Positions 24,596 through 37,002 of a DNA stretch of 64,000 nt are shown one piece after another. Source of the DNA: Octopus sinensis (taxonomy: Eukaryota); contig NC_043001.1 in assembly GCF_006345805.1 (NCBI RefSeq), positions 40,734,001 through 40,798,000 of the forward strand, in the 5' to 3' direction. Every line of letters begins with the position of its first letter. The stretch's first letter is position 1. Both the position numbers and the translations under genes were made by a program. A model generated the notes under the pieces. The model was not told the DNA's origin. It saw only the letters and a list, made by a program, of their open reading frames with translations, and made no database searches.

Positions 24596-25815
24596 AGCAA
24601 TGATACAGTGCATAGGGCTATGAGGACAGGATTGGGGAGTGAGAGATAAGCATAGTGCATGAAAGAGGAGATGTGAGGTGGAGAAGAGATGTAGTTTGGT
24701 TTATTGGAGTAGGGTGTGTGAAAAGTTTTCTTATTACATGTGGGTGGAACACAGAGCTTCTAGAATTCAGTTTTGCTTACATGGGTGGGTCTTCTCTAGA
24801 ACTTCATATTGCCAGATATCTTGGTCCATTGTCATTTCCTCCGTGAGGCCCAACATCCTGAGATTGATCCTTATCACTTCATCCCATATCTTCCTGGGTC
24901 TCCCTCTGCCATGAGTACCCTCCACTTTCAGTGACCAGCACTTCTCTGTACAGTTGTCTTCATTCACATGCATCACATGCTCAAACCAACGTAGTCTTCT
25001 CTCTTGCATGCTGCATTTGATTCTTCTTATGTCTAACTTTTCCCTCAACACATTTGCACTTTGTCATACATGTACACTGATGTTGCACATCCAGCAGAGC
25101 ATACTACATTTGTTTCTCTCCAGTCTATGCATGTCTTCTGCATTCAGAGCCCATGTCTCAGTACCATGGAGTATAGCCATTCCAACACAAGCCTTGTACA
25201 GTCTACCTTTCACTCTGAGAGAGAGTCCTTTTGTTACCAACGGAGATAATAGCTCTCTGAACACTCTCCATCCTATTCTTATTCTAGAAACAATACTTTT
25301 AGAGCAACCTTCACCATTGCTAATTTGGTCACCTAGATAACAGAGACTATCTACAACCTTAAGAGAGCCTTCTGGGTATTTGAGAGAATCTAAGTCCCAT
25401 ATGCTTTCAGTGCTTATTATTCCTGCACATCTGCCACATATGAAGACGACTTTGTCTGTTAATCCACTTGTAATTCCACTGCACCTCTTATGTGTCTATA
25501 GCTTACACTGGGTACAGTGAAAATGGAATTACTTCCAACTCCTTTCCTACATATTGAGCAGGGCCATTTACCTGACAGAAAGAGAGTCTTATCTTCTTTC
25601 TTGCTAACAACAACTTTGGTCTTTACCAGGTTAACTTTAAGGCCCTTTGATTTCAGGTTTTGCTTCCATACCTGGAATTCCTTCTCCAATTCTGCTACAG
25701 ATTCTGCAGTAAGAGTGAGGTCATCAGCTTAAAGTAGTTCCCATGGGAATCCAGTTTTGAATTCCTCTGTTATGCTCTGGAGGACTATAATGAATAAGAG
25801 TTGGCTGAGAGCTGA
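24392..25815 (-). mobile_element. 5'-truncated RTE-clade LINE (RT C-terminus and probable long 3' UTR), with stops and frameshifts
   Basis: FIIVLQSITEEFKTGFPWELL*ADDL (decayed YADD), GLKVNLVKTKV, RLYKACV..LHGTETW, RRLRWFEHV, GRGRPRKIW. Confidence 0.9.
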
Positions 25816-26569
25816 AGTGGATTGAGAACTGTAGTCTTTTTTATTGATATCCAGAAAGATGAGGCATGGAGAATGAAACCTTCATATGCATAGATACCTC
25901 CTTTCAGATTGACACTTATGAGTACAGATAGTAGCCTGGATAGAAGAGAAGGACTATAAGTGACAAGAGATTTTAGTCTTGGAGAGTAATGGAATATATG
26001 GTTTTCATGTTAGTAAGAGGTAATACGTGGATTCTAGGTTGGAACAGAATCCACAGATGTCAGGGTATATGAGGGAGAATTTTCCAGTGGATTCAGTTTT
26101 AGTTTTTGGCATCTAATGTAGAGGGCGTTGGTGTATCATGAGACCAAGATAACCCAATATCTAACCCTAAGCTGGGAGCCAGGCTGGAAAATTTGTAAGA
26201 GGGTAAAGAGACCCACAGACTAGGTTTTATATTAAACCAGGTAACAGAATGTATTGCCTCCCCAAAAAGGAGGTGGCAGCCACCACCCCACCACCAACAA
26301 CAACAACACCACCACCACCATCAAATAGTATTTTCTTGTGACACTGAAGCAATTTTTATTTCTAAAAATTTTTTAAAGGAAGTGAGTATTTTAACTTGCA
26401 AAGTTAATTGCAAGGACATTCAGGATTTTTAAAAATTTTGTATCAAGGACATTTATTGAAGTAAAACCAAGAGAATCAACAACAAAAAGAAAAACAAAAA
26501 TGAATTTTAAGCACAAGATGAGTTTAAAATTCAGTTCAAAGCAGAGTTGTTCTGATGTAGCATAATTGG

Positions 26570-26600
<31 letters not shown>

Positions 26601-26744
26601 ATTGATAAAACTCAGCTGAGCTGATAAAATGAACTCTGGTGAATCAAACTGATTTTTGTCAGTTTGTTTTTATATAGGTTATAATTCATTGAGAGATATG
26701 TTTATGCCTTGTAATTTCTGTTGAAAATGACACCAAAAAAATCC

Positions 26745-27002
26745 ATGGCTGTGAGGTTAAGAAGCACATTTTGAAGCTATATGATCTAGGGTTCAGTCCT
26801 GAAACTTGTTCAAGGTGTCACACATCTTGGGCAAGTGTTCTACTATATTCCTAGGCTGACCAATACTTTGTGAGTGAATTTGGTAGATGGATACTGTGAT
26901 GAAACCCATCATATATGCATGTATGTGTGTGTGTGTGTGTGTGCATGCATGCGTGTGTGTGTGTGTGGTGTGTGTGTGTGCCAAGTAATAATAATAATAA
27001 TG

Positions 27003-27038
<36 letters not shown>

Positions 27039-27245
27039 GTGATGATTTCAAATTTTGGCACAAGACCAGTAATTTCAAAGGAGGGGTTATGTCAATTACA
27101 TTGCTCCCAATACTCAACTGATACTTATTATAAGGATGAAAGGCAAAGTCAACTTAGGCGGAATTTGAACCCAGAACATAAAAATGGCCAAATGCTACTA
27201 AGCATTTCAACCAGTGTGCTAACAATTCTACCAGCTAGCCATCTT
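26745..27245. mobile_element. Family A SINE head (+), (AAT)n, and family B SINE (-)
   Basis: Similarity to other copies in the window. Confidence 0.7.
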
Positions 27246-28009
27246 GATGATGATGATAATGATAAGAAGAAGCAGCAGACTGAAGTGAGGAGGTAAAGCC
27301 CAGGGAGTATTGAACTAATGAGGTCTTCTATGTGGATGTTCAATCAGCTAGAAATAGCAACCAAATCTCTCCAAAATCACATCCTACCATCATAAAAAAT
27401 AAGGAAATTACACAATGTCTGAAATGAGGGTAGGGTGTTCATAGCTGGACACTGCTCAATCAGAACTAACTCTAGCTTATATAACAAAGAGCATTTTTTC
27501 ACTAACTCTTTCCAACAGAATTTAAACTTAATACTGAGAGAGATGAAACTAAAGACTGCAATGAATCAAGAAGACTTCTTTTGTATCCAATCTGTTTTAG
27601 TCTAATATATAATACTGTTCTTCTGTGCCCTGTGTATGGTTTTCTTCTTCTAAACTTACTGGATTTGAAGGAAGGGGCAGTCCCTATGATCTTACAAACC
27701 CTTCTAGACTGGTGGGATTGACGCCATTAATGTTCCACTTTTCCTAAGGGGAAAAACATGAACAGAGAAGGTTGATGTTTTGTGAAGGGACTGGCAATAG
27801 TGATTAATGTGGAGCCCAGGGGTGTTGGACACAACCAAGGTTAATATTTAATTATGGGACAAAACTGAAGACATAATCTATCATATACATAGCATTTGTA
27901 TTATCAAGACTAATGACTTATAACCTATGGAATGAAGTTGAAGATATAATCTGTTATGGACATAACATTTATATTGTTTATATTATTCATTAGACTACTT
28001 ATTAAGACC

Positions 28010-28710
28010 GCCTGACTGGCACTCGTGCCAGTGGAATGTCAAAAGCACATCTGAGCATGAGCGTTGCCAGGGCCACTGATTGGATCCTGTGCTGGTGGCA
28101 TGTAAAAAGTAGCATTCGAGTGTGATCATTGCCAGCATCGCCTTACCAGCACATGAAAAACAGCATTTGAGTGTGGTCGTTGCCAGTGCCGCCAGACTGG
28201 CTTCCATGCAGGTAATACGTAAAAAACACCTTTTGAGCGTGGTCGTTGCCAGAACCGCCTGACTGGCCCTCAGGCTGGTGGCATGTAAAAGCACCCACTA
28301 CACTCTCAGAGTGGTTGGTGTTAGGAAAGGCATCCAGCTGTAGAAACTTTGCCAGATCAGGTTGAGCCTTCTGGCTCATCAGTCCACAGTCAAACAGTCT
28401 AACCCATGCCAGCATGGAAAGTGGACATTAAACGATAATGATGATGACGATGATGATGTGCTTGAGAAGACCCATCAAGCCATGTGAAATCATAGTTGTG
28501 ACAAATATTGATGTCATGAAAATTGACATCTGTGTCAGTGACACGTAAAAGCACCCATTACATTCTTGGTTGGCATTAGGAAGGGCATCCAGCTGAGAAA
28601 ACCATGCCAAATCAGACAAGAGTCTGGTGCAGCCCCTCAGCTTACCAGCCCTGGTCAAATCGTTCAACCCATGCCAGCATGGACAATGGATTAAATGATG
28701 ATGCGGATGA
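28010..28710 (-). mobile_element. Family C non-autonomous retroelements (catcatcgtttaatgtccac..ctggatgcccttcctaacaccaaccac type), two copies
   Basis: Reverse complement of 32395-32720, with internal ~58-bp sub-repeats. Confidence 0.75.
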
Positions 28711-28732
28711 CATGCATACACACACACACATA

Positions 28733-28780
<48 letters not shown>

Positions 28781-30169
28781 CAGTTGACTACTAGAAACAT
28801 CAGCCAAAGAATGTAGAAAGGATGACAATAATGGTTTGAACATGTTCTGGGTGAAAAATGCCATGTGGATGATACTTGTAAAGAGGGACAATAAGGAAGA
28901 ACCAGGAAGGAGGGGTGAAATGAAACTTCAGAATGTTGAGTTTTCCAGAAGAGATGCCAAAGCACTGAAATTATTGACCAAATACTTTGTAGTAGACATA
29001 TCCAATATAAACCAGCATGGAAAACAGATGTTAAAATGATGAAGTTGCTAGGTAGATGCTTAACGCAACTTTCCTTGAAAAAAGATCTCATGTCTAATTA
29101 ACTAACCATATATGTTGGCAGTAAAATTCTCTAGCACCTCAACATTTTATCTCGTAAATTATATTTTTACTGAACTTTACTTTTGCTTATTATTACTTTC
29201 TTCTTTTATCTTAGATATTAAAAAATGTTTTCAAAGATTTGTAGTTTCAATAAATTTTATTTCTAAAACTATATAATTATAATTAAAAGTATAGCATATA
29301 TCTCAAGAACATGCCCGAAGGTGAAACAGTATTTAAAAAAAAAATTGTTTTTGTTTTTACTTAATACTGTTAGCAACAAGAATCATACTAAGATAGATGC
29401 TCTTGTATCGAATTTACAACAAACATTCATGTTACAGATTCATGAAATTCAATACAGAAATATGATGCTTAATGAGATAAGCAAAACAAATGCAGTCTCA
29501 ATATATCATTAAAAACTATATAGGACTGATGGACAAACAAGACAAGTTTACAGCATAGTAGCTGAAGTATTTGGTTAAATTAGCTCACTCAAATTCAGAC
29601 TTATAGTAATGGACTCTTTAAGAAATATTGTTAAAGCTTAGCCAAAGAAGAGACCCAAATAGAGCACACAGGCTACTTGCCTATGAGGCAGGAAGTAACT
29701 AAGACCTGATAGAGGATACAGAGGACTGTAGACAGACTTCATAGTGTTGGTTGGCATGATAAAATGATAAAATTATATCAGGTCATAGAAACCATCCCAA
29801 AAATAGAACATGCAAATGAAACATGGCCTGTGGAAAGCATATCACGAACTACTCATCTTGGAGAGCCATAGTTCCAATAAAGAACTAACACGATGTAGAA
29901 AGTCTTTTTAGTTCTGTTGCAGATAACCTCTTTAGCATGATAAAATGTCCCCAGTAACATGCTTTAAAGTAGTTGGTGATAGTAAGCTCATCTAGCTGTA
30001 TGTAGAAATATGTCACAAATGGAATGTACAAATATGATACTGACTCCACAAGCTGTATCAAAGGCTACCTAACTATGAGCCTAACTCAAAGAACCAAGCC
30101 AGTCTTTTCACAGATAACTTCTCTAGTGCTGGTAGTAACCCAGTCTACACAATACAACATACACAATGA

Positions 30170-30600
30170 TAAAGTTGGCTATATTCTTCTATTGCTGGGT
30201 GTGCCAAATGACGTTCTGAGTTCAAATTCCACCAAGGTCAACTTTGACTTTCATGCTTTTGGAGTTGATAAATTAAGTACCAGTAAAACACTGCAGTCTA
30301 CATAATCAGCTAGTCCCCTCCCACAAAATGTCAGGCCTTCTGCCTTCAGTAGAAAGGATTATTATTATTAGTAGTAGTAAGGTGGTGAGCTGGCAGAATT
30401 ATTAGCACGCTGGACAAAATGCTCAGTGGTATTTTACCTGTCGCTTTGTTCTGAGTTCAAATTCTGCTGAGGTCGAATTTTCCTTTTATCCTTTTGTGAT
30501 CAATAGATTAAGTACCAGTGAAACACTAGGGTCGATGTATTCTATTAGTCACCTTCCCACAAATTTCTGGCCTTAAGCCTTCAGTAGAAAGGGTTATTAT
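30170..30600 (+). mobile_element. Two tandem family B SINEs (ggtgagctggcagaa..gagttcaaattc..aagtaccag)
   Basis: Colinear with 52165-52378. Confidence 0.78.
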
Positions 30601-30649
30601 TATTATTATGTTCATTTCACTTCTCAGAGCTCTTGATTTCACAAGCTCC

Positions 30650-30945
30650 AGCAGTATGGCCTAGTGGTTAGGGTGTTGTACTCATGATTGCAAGATCATG
30701 GTTTCAGTTCCTAGACCAGGTGGTGCATGGTGTTCTTGAGCAAAGCACTTCATCTCATGTTGCTCTGCAATCACTTTGACTCCTGATGCATGATAGACTG
30801 TGCACCTGTTCAGGCAACATCAATTTGATGGAGAGAGTGAGCTAATGTATAACACATACATTTGATTACTATAAACAAATCATTTGTACAGGCCATTCAA
30901 CAAAAGCTGAACACTCATATGTTGTCTTTCACAGGAGAGAATCCA
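30650..30945 (+). mobile_element. tRNA-derived SINE (family E)
   Basis: Head tggcctagtggttagggtgttg..ggtttcagttcc followed by ttgagcaaagcact. Confidence 0.65.
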
Positions 30946-31077
30946 TTAGCATCATCATCATTATTATTATTATTATTATTATTATTAGTAGTAGTAGTAG
31001 GTCATTTGGCAAACAGCTGAACACTCACATTGTCTCTGACAGGTGAGTCCATCATCATCGTCATTATTATTATTATT

Positions 31078-31260
31078 AAGGTGGCGAGCTGGCAGAATCT
31101 TTAGCGTGCTGGACGAAATGCTTCGCGGTATTTTGCCCGTCACTCTAATTTCAAATTCCACTGAGGTTGACTTTGCCTTTCATCCTTACAGGGTCAATGA
31201 AATAAGTACCAGTTATGCACTGGGGTTGACATAATCGATTAGACCCTTCCCCCAAAGCTT
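31078..31260 (+). mobile_element. Family B SINE
   Basis: aaggtggcgagctggcagaatc..aaataagtaccag. Confidence 0.78.
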
Positions 31261-31443
31261 CCGAAATATAACAATATTATTATTATTATTATTATATTAT
31301 TATTATTATCATCATCATTAGCTGCAGCAGTAGTAGTAGTACAACAACAAGGAATAGTTTGCTTCCTTCTAGAACTGAAAATCCATCGTTCATAATGTAA
31401 CGAGTGACAAAAAGTACAAAGTGTTTAATACATAAATACATAC

Positions 31444-31474
31444 CTGTCCATTGGGACTGCTTTTCTTAAAAACC
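31444..31474 (-). CDS. ARRB1: Beta-arrestin coding exon 2 (31 nt): (R)VFKKSSPNGQ
   Basis: Minus strand reads cttttctttttctttttag|GGTTTTTAAGAAAAGCAGTCCCAATGGACAG|gtatgt. Canonical AG/GT sites and a polypyrimidine tract are present. The peptide matches the arrestin N-terminal VFKK-SPNG motif. Length and phase 2/0 agree with vertebrate ARRB1 exon 2 as I recall it. The symbol means non-visual beta-arrestin orthologue. Confidence 0.93.
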
Positions 31475-32075
31475 CTAAAAAGAAAAAGAAAAGAAGCATG
31501 TAAGTTAAATTTGAAAGCTGATGATAGAAAATATATTGAGTATATAATTAAAAAGTAATTTTGTAGATTTCAAACATTTTTCCAATCTTTTATTGTTAAT
31601 ACAGTGTTACTCTAAATATTTTCATAATTTAAGGAAGAAAAATGAGAAATGGAAAGATGACTAAAGATTTCTGTTTCTGAAAAAAATTACATTAAATGTG
31701 CGTGTTGGCTACACATGCACTGTGGAGTGAAGTTTCAGTAAATTTGGATAACTAGCGAAACAGTTGCAGCAGTATGGATGGGCTTGTAGTAACTTTTATT
31801 TTTATACAATTTTTGATTAAATAATGTAAATAATTTACTAATGTATTTAGATTTGTGATTTAAAAAAAAATTTGGAAAAGTCATTGAAAGTAATTTTATT
31901 TTATTTTATTTTTTTTTTGTTTAGTCAGGAGGAAGGAGCTGTGCCTAAAGCATTAGCAACCCCTCTGGGACCAGAAATGACAAGTAATTGAAAAGACACA
32001 CATGATTGAAATGCTTTTATATCACCACATCCTAATTTGCAATGGTGGGGTGGGAACAGGTAGGTTACAGTTTAA

Positions 32076-32291
32076 CCCTTTAGCCATCACATTATTTTCT
32101 CAAATGTAATGTTTATTTATTCACACTGTTTTGAATTAATCATGTGTTACCTTGTAGCTAAGAAATTTTCATGATATGATTGCTTAGTTTTAGAAAGATA
32201 TTGTAGGATAGGCATGGGAGGCCAGATCTGCCCAGTTTTAACATAAAACTGGTTGAATATTTAGGCCGGATATGGTTGGTTTAAATGCTAA
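32076..32291. mobile_element. piggyBac-like MITE, copy 3 (right end truncated)
   Basis: TTAA|CCCTTTAGC start, colinear body, ends aatgctaa. Confidence 0.7.
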
Positions 32292-32394
32292 GCTCCTGAA
32301 ACCAACATGCATTTAAATTTTTTATGAAAACTGAAGATTTTTGGACATGCCAGTTCTCTTACTTCAGCAATTCATTTATTATATATATATATCA

Positions 32395-33105
32395 TCATCA
32401 TTATCATCGTTTAACATCCGTTTTCCATGCTAGCATGGGTTAGATGGTTTGACCGGAGTCTGGGAAGCCAGGAGGCTGCACCAGGCTCCATTCTGATCTG
32501 GCAGTGTTTCTACAGCTGGATGCCCTTCCTAACACCAACCACTCTGTGAGTGTAGTGGGTGCTTTTTACATGCCACCAGCACAGGTGCCAGGGGAGGCTA
32601 GCAACAGCCACAATCGGTTGGTGCTTTTTATGTGTCACAGGCATGGAAGCCAGTCAAGGCGGCGCTGGCATCAGCAGCATTCAGATGGTGCTTTTTACGT
32701 GCCACCGGCACGGGTATCACAACTACAATTTCCATTTAATTTTTATTTTGATGTTGATGTACTTGACTCAATAGGTCTCTTCAAGCACAGCAGGTTGCCC
32801 TATGATCCAAGGTAAGCACAGCAGGCCATCCTGCAATCCAAGGTGCTTTGGATGGGCTGGGGCTGCTATGTAAAGCTGGTGCAGGAAACAGCCATGAATT
32901 CACATTATTTGTCAGGTCTTCGCAGTCACAGCATATCTCCAGAGGTCTCAGTCTTTTGTCATTGCCTTTCAGTTTCCATCTATCAAATCCACATCACAGT
33001 TTGGATCAAGCCAGGGCTATAGTAGAAGACACTTGTCCAATGCAATGAGACTTAACCTGGAACCATGTGGTTAGGAAGCAAATTTCTTACCACATGGCCA
33101 TGCCT
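32395..33105. mobile_element. Family C element (+) followed by a family A SINE head (-)
   Basis: Similarity to other copies in the window. Confidence 0.72.
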
Positions 33106-33960
33106 GCACTTATATTGTTTATTAACAGTAGATTTATGTGAGATCCTGTGAGTTTCATGTACAAGCATGGCTGCTATTCAATACAAAATGTGGATGAAAT
33201 GACTTTGATAGGTGACAACTAATTTCTCAAGTGCGAAGTACATCAGTAGTTAGATACCAGCACCTTGGAATTGTGGTTACAACAAACTACAGTAGCAAGT
33301 TGTACTTTCCCATGCTACTTATTTACAGCAGTAGTCCCTGTATACTACTAAGTGAATAGGGTCATTAAAACTTAAGGGTCTATGTCACAGAGATAGCTGT
33401 GTTGCTAGGATATGATGGGATGTTCCTTCAAACTGTAGCTAGATACACAACAAACTTGGTTAGCTGCAATTCTCTTTCTTCAGTGTGACATTATTTACAA
33501 AATTCCTTATTCAAGAACACTAAAAACTGGATATTTAAGAAAGGTGCTATATTTTTTGAACAATGTTATCAATAATGGAAAGAAAGAAAATAATAATACT
33601 CGCAAACAAAAACACATGAAATACAATTAAAACTGTATGTAAAAATATCTATATATTCTGGAAACTTAGCCATTACCCAAGATTTATTATAACAAACCAG
33701 TGAGGCAGCATTAACAACAAAATAATCAAATAAGTAAGGCATGTAAAATATTCCAAAGCACAAACTGCAAATAAATCATTTTAAGTGTTGAATAAGTATT
33801 CCATGAGAGAAGATTAAGTTAGGTGTTTTAAAGAATGCTATAAACACTTTGAATTTGACTTAGCACTGAAAAGTAAATGGAATATCTTTTAAGATATATT
33901 CTAGTAAACTTCAAAATAATTTTTAAGAAACTGAAACAAAAAGAAAGAAAAAGAAAAAAA

Positions 33961-34028
33961 AACATTTTAATCACTATCTCAAGCCTGTATTTATAAAAAT
34001 TCAGGCTAGAGATAGTGATTAAAATGTT
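33961..34028. repeat. 68-nt hairpin (27-bp stem with 1 mismatch, 14-nt loop)
   Basis: AACATTTTAATCACTATCTCAAGCCTG-tatttataaaaatt-CAGGCTAGAGATAGTGATTAAAATGTT. Confidence 0.9.
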
Positions 34029-34881
34029 GCATATGTTATGTTTACAGTTATTGCTGACACTGGTAAAATTTGTAAGATATCACTGATTCCTTGTTTATTT
34101 GGCAAAGCTTTCACGTGTCTGTAGGAACTAAAAGTAGGCCTTTATTTTAGACTTACTGAATTCACTGCTAGTGTTTGTTACACAGCTTTCACAAGAGAGC
34201 TGCAGCAGCCAAAGTGTGCAAAGAATTTTGTATAACTTGTATCTTGTTGTCGCTTAGATCCAAGTTGGTCCAGATCAAGCAGACCTATAATAAAACAATA
34301 TTCAAACCATAGTCACACAGGCATGGTTATAGATGGAGGTATAGCCATGTAATTAAATAGTCCATCTTGCAACCACATGATTTTAGGTTCAGTTCCACAG
34401 AGCAGCAACTTGGATGTCTTCTACTAATAGTTCTCAGATGACCAATGCCATGTTAAGGAATTTTGTTGACAGAAACAGCAGGAACTTTGTTTTGTATATG
34501 TGTATGTGTATGCATGCATGTGTGCATTTGTGCATGCAAATGTGCACCAGTGTCTATAAGTTCCATGCTTGTCATCACTTGGGTGAAATAGTGTTGATGA
34601 TGACATTTGTTACTGACATTATGACTGGTTGCTGTGTACTTTTGAAGACCTATAGAATAAAGATATCCCTCAATTGAAAAATATGTATGGGTTGGTGACA
34701 AGAATAGAATCCATCCGTAAAATTCTGCCCCAAATAAATCTCTGCTAGGCATGTGACCTCTATAATTTAAGACTTTAATCTTTTTGTTACTGTATTCCTG
34801 TTGAAATATGTTGCTTTTGTTTCAATTAATTTTGAAAATGATGAAGAATTTAGTAAAATTTCATTATTGAGCTTATGTATG

Positions 34882-35158
34882 TGTAGCGGCACAAGCAGCT
34901 AGTGCCATATTGGATGAGATCTCGCAGAAGCCATTGCCATCTCTGAAACTATAGCGAGACCTCACCTGCATCCATTTGCCATGTGTGATTTAGATCAATG
35001 CGTCCACACTAATGGAGCTACTACACAACGCACACAGCTTAGAAGGTAGCTGAGAGCAGCACACTTCACCTATCCTGTGAATCCTGTAAATAAACCAGTT
35101 GTAAATAGCATTTGTATTTGAAGACTTCTCTCTTCGTCTGCCGAAAGCCTGAACTACA
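34882..35158 (+). mobile_element. Probable solo LTR
   Basis: 277 bp with TGTAG..CTACA inverted termini, internal AATAAA and retained CpG. No clear target duplication. Confidence 0.55.
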
Positions 35159-35604
35159 TGAAGAACAAAAAGACGATGGAAGAAGACAATATTCTTCCAA
35201 TATCGTAAACCTTGCCTTCCATTATATATGGAACATAAGTTGATGGAAGGGTTTAATTTAGGATCACTTTAAAACAGGAAGTTTGCACCACAGGACCAAT
35301 GGGTACAAATTAAAACTGAAAGAATATATAATCATTTGAGAAAAGGAATGTAAGTTTTGGCATCCCCCACCTCCAACATATTGTAGGTATAACCAAGTTG
35401 AGATGATTTTGACTGGAAATTAAAACAGCCACAATAAGCATAGTCTGTTGAGAGAACCACAATGATGATACCAAAACATAGTTCATGAAGGACTTAATGC
35501 TGTTGTTGGTGTTGATGTTTAGCTCTTAGTCAGCTATGATCAAGTAGATCTATGAGCAAGATATTCCAGCCATGACCACTTCATCTCTTCTTCAGATTTA
35601 GTGT

Positions 35605-36090
35605 ATCTATCTTTTATCTTTTACTTGTTTCAGTCATTAGACTGGGGCTATGCTGAGGCACCACCTTGAAGGATTTAGTTGAACAAATCGATCACAGTAC
35701 TTATTTTTTAAAACCTGGTGTTTATTTTATCAGTCTCTTTTTGCCCAACCCCTAAGTTATGGAAATGTAAACAAATCAACACCAGTTGTCAAGTGATAGT
35801 GGGGGACAAACACAACACATACACACACACACACACACAAATACACACACACACACATGCACACACACACACACACAAATACACACACACACATGCACAC
35901 ACACACATGCACACACGCACACACACAATGGGCTTATTTCAGTTTCTGTCTACCAAATCCACTCACAAGGCTTTGGTCAACCTGGGGATATAGAAGACAC
36001 ATGACCAAGGTGCCACACATTGAGGGTGAATGAACCCAGAATCATATGGTTGGGAAGCAAACTTCTTACCACACAGCCACATCTGCACCT
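35605..36090 (-). mobile_element. Family A SINE with expanded CA tract
   Basis: Colinear with 1770-2193. Confidence 0.8.
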
Positions 36091-36191
36091 GTGGTTACAT
36101 TCACTAATGTGTATGACCTTTTATAAGGCAGTAAAGTATAGGTCAAGTGAGATTTGGGTCTATTTAATACAGGTTGAGAGATTATGTAGAA

Positions 36192-36441
36192 CAGTGGTTC
36201 CTAACCTGGGGTCTGCAGACCCCTGGTGGTATGCAAAGGTAGTACTGGGAGTCTGTGAACTAAATTCAAAATTTCATATATAAAACAACAGTAACATCAT
36301 TCTATATAAGACTACCACATTCTGTTGGCATATAAACATTACTATCCGGTACTGTTAATGTATATCTCTCACTCAGAGATTTAAAACAAGTTGTTTCTCT
36401 TCTCTCTCTCTCTCTCTCCGTCTCTCTCTCTCTCTCTATCC

Positions 36442-36509
<68 letters not shown>

Positions 36510-37002
36510 TTAATAATAAAATATTAGGGAATAAATCCAAACTTACAGGGAAAAATCAGATTTAGGATTAAATCCAATTTTATAGTATAAATATATTATA
36601 TTATATTAAATTAGAGATAAAACCACTATTAGGCAAATCAAACAATATATATATATATATATATATACACGTGCCGGTTTTTATGTGCCAGTGGCATGTA
36701 AAAAGCACCCACTACACTCACGGAGTGGTTGGCGTTAGGAAGGGCATCCAGCTGTAGAAACACTGTGCCAGATCAGACTGGAGCCTGGTGCAGCCTCCTG
36801 GCTTCCCAGACCCCGGTCGAACCATCCAACCCATGCTAGCACGGAAAATGGACGTTAAACGATGATGATGATGATGATGATATACATACATACATACATA
36901 TACATAAGGATAAGCATATTAAGGGGTCCATAAGAAAACACATTTAAATAAAAGGGTTGGGAACCACTGTTGGTACCAGTGTGAAAAGGTCGGAAACCAC
37001 TG
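36192..37002. mobile_element. hAT-like MITE expanded by nested insertions
   Basis: Left TIR CAGTGGTTCCTAACC and right TIR GGTCGGAAACCACTG, with an extra TIR-like copy at 36955-36969. The 8-bp target duplication is ATGTAGAA/GTGTAGAA. Confidence 0.72.
36668..36882 (-). mobile_element. Family C element nested in the hAT MITE
   Basis: Reverse complement of 32395-32580, CpG-rich. Confidence 0.8.

Larger units (their letters stand above)
3654..31443 (-). other. ARRB1: Beta-arrestin intron 2 (27,790 nt)
   Basis: GT..AG interval between the two exons. The spliced product VFKKSSPNGQ|ITAYLGKRDF is contiguous arrestin sequence. Confidence 0.9.
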
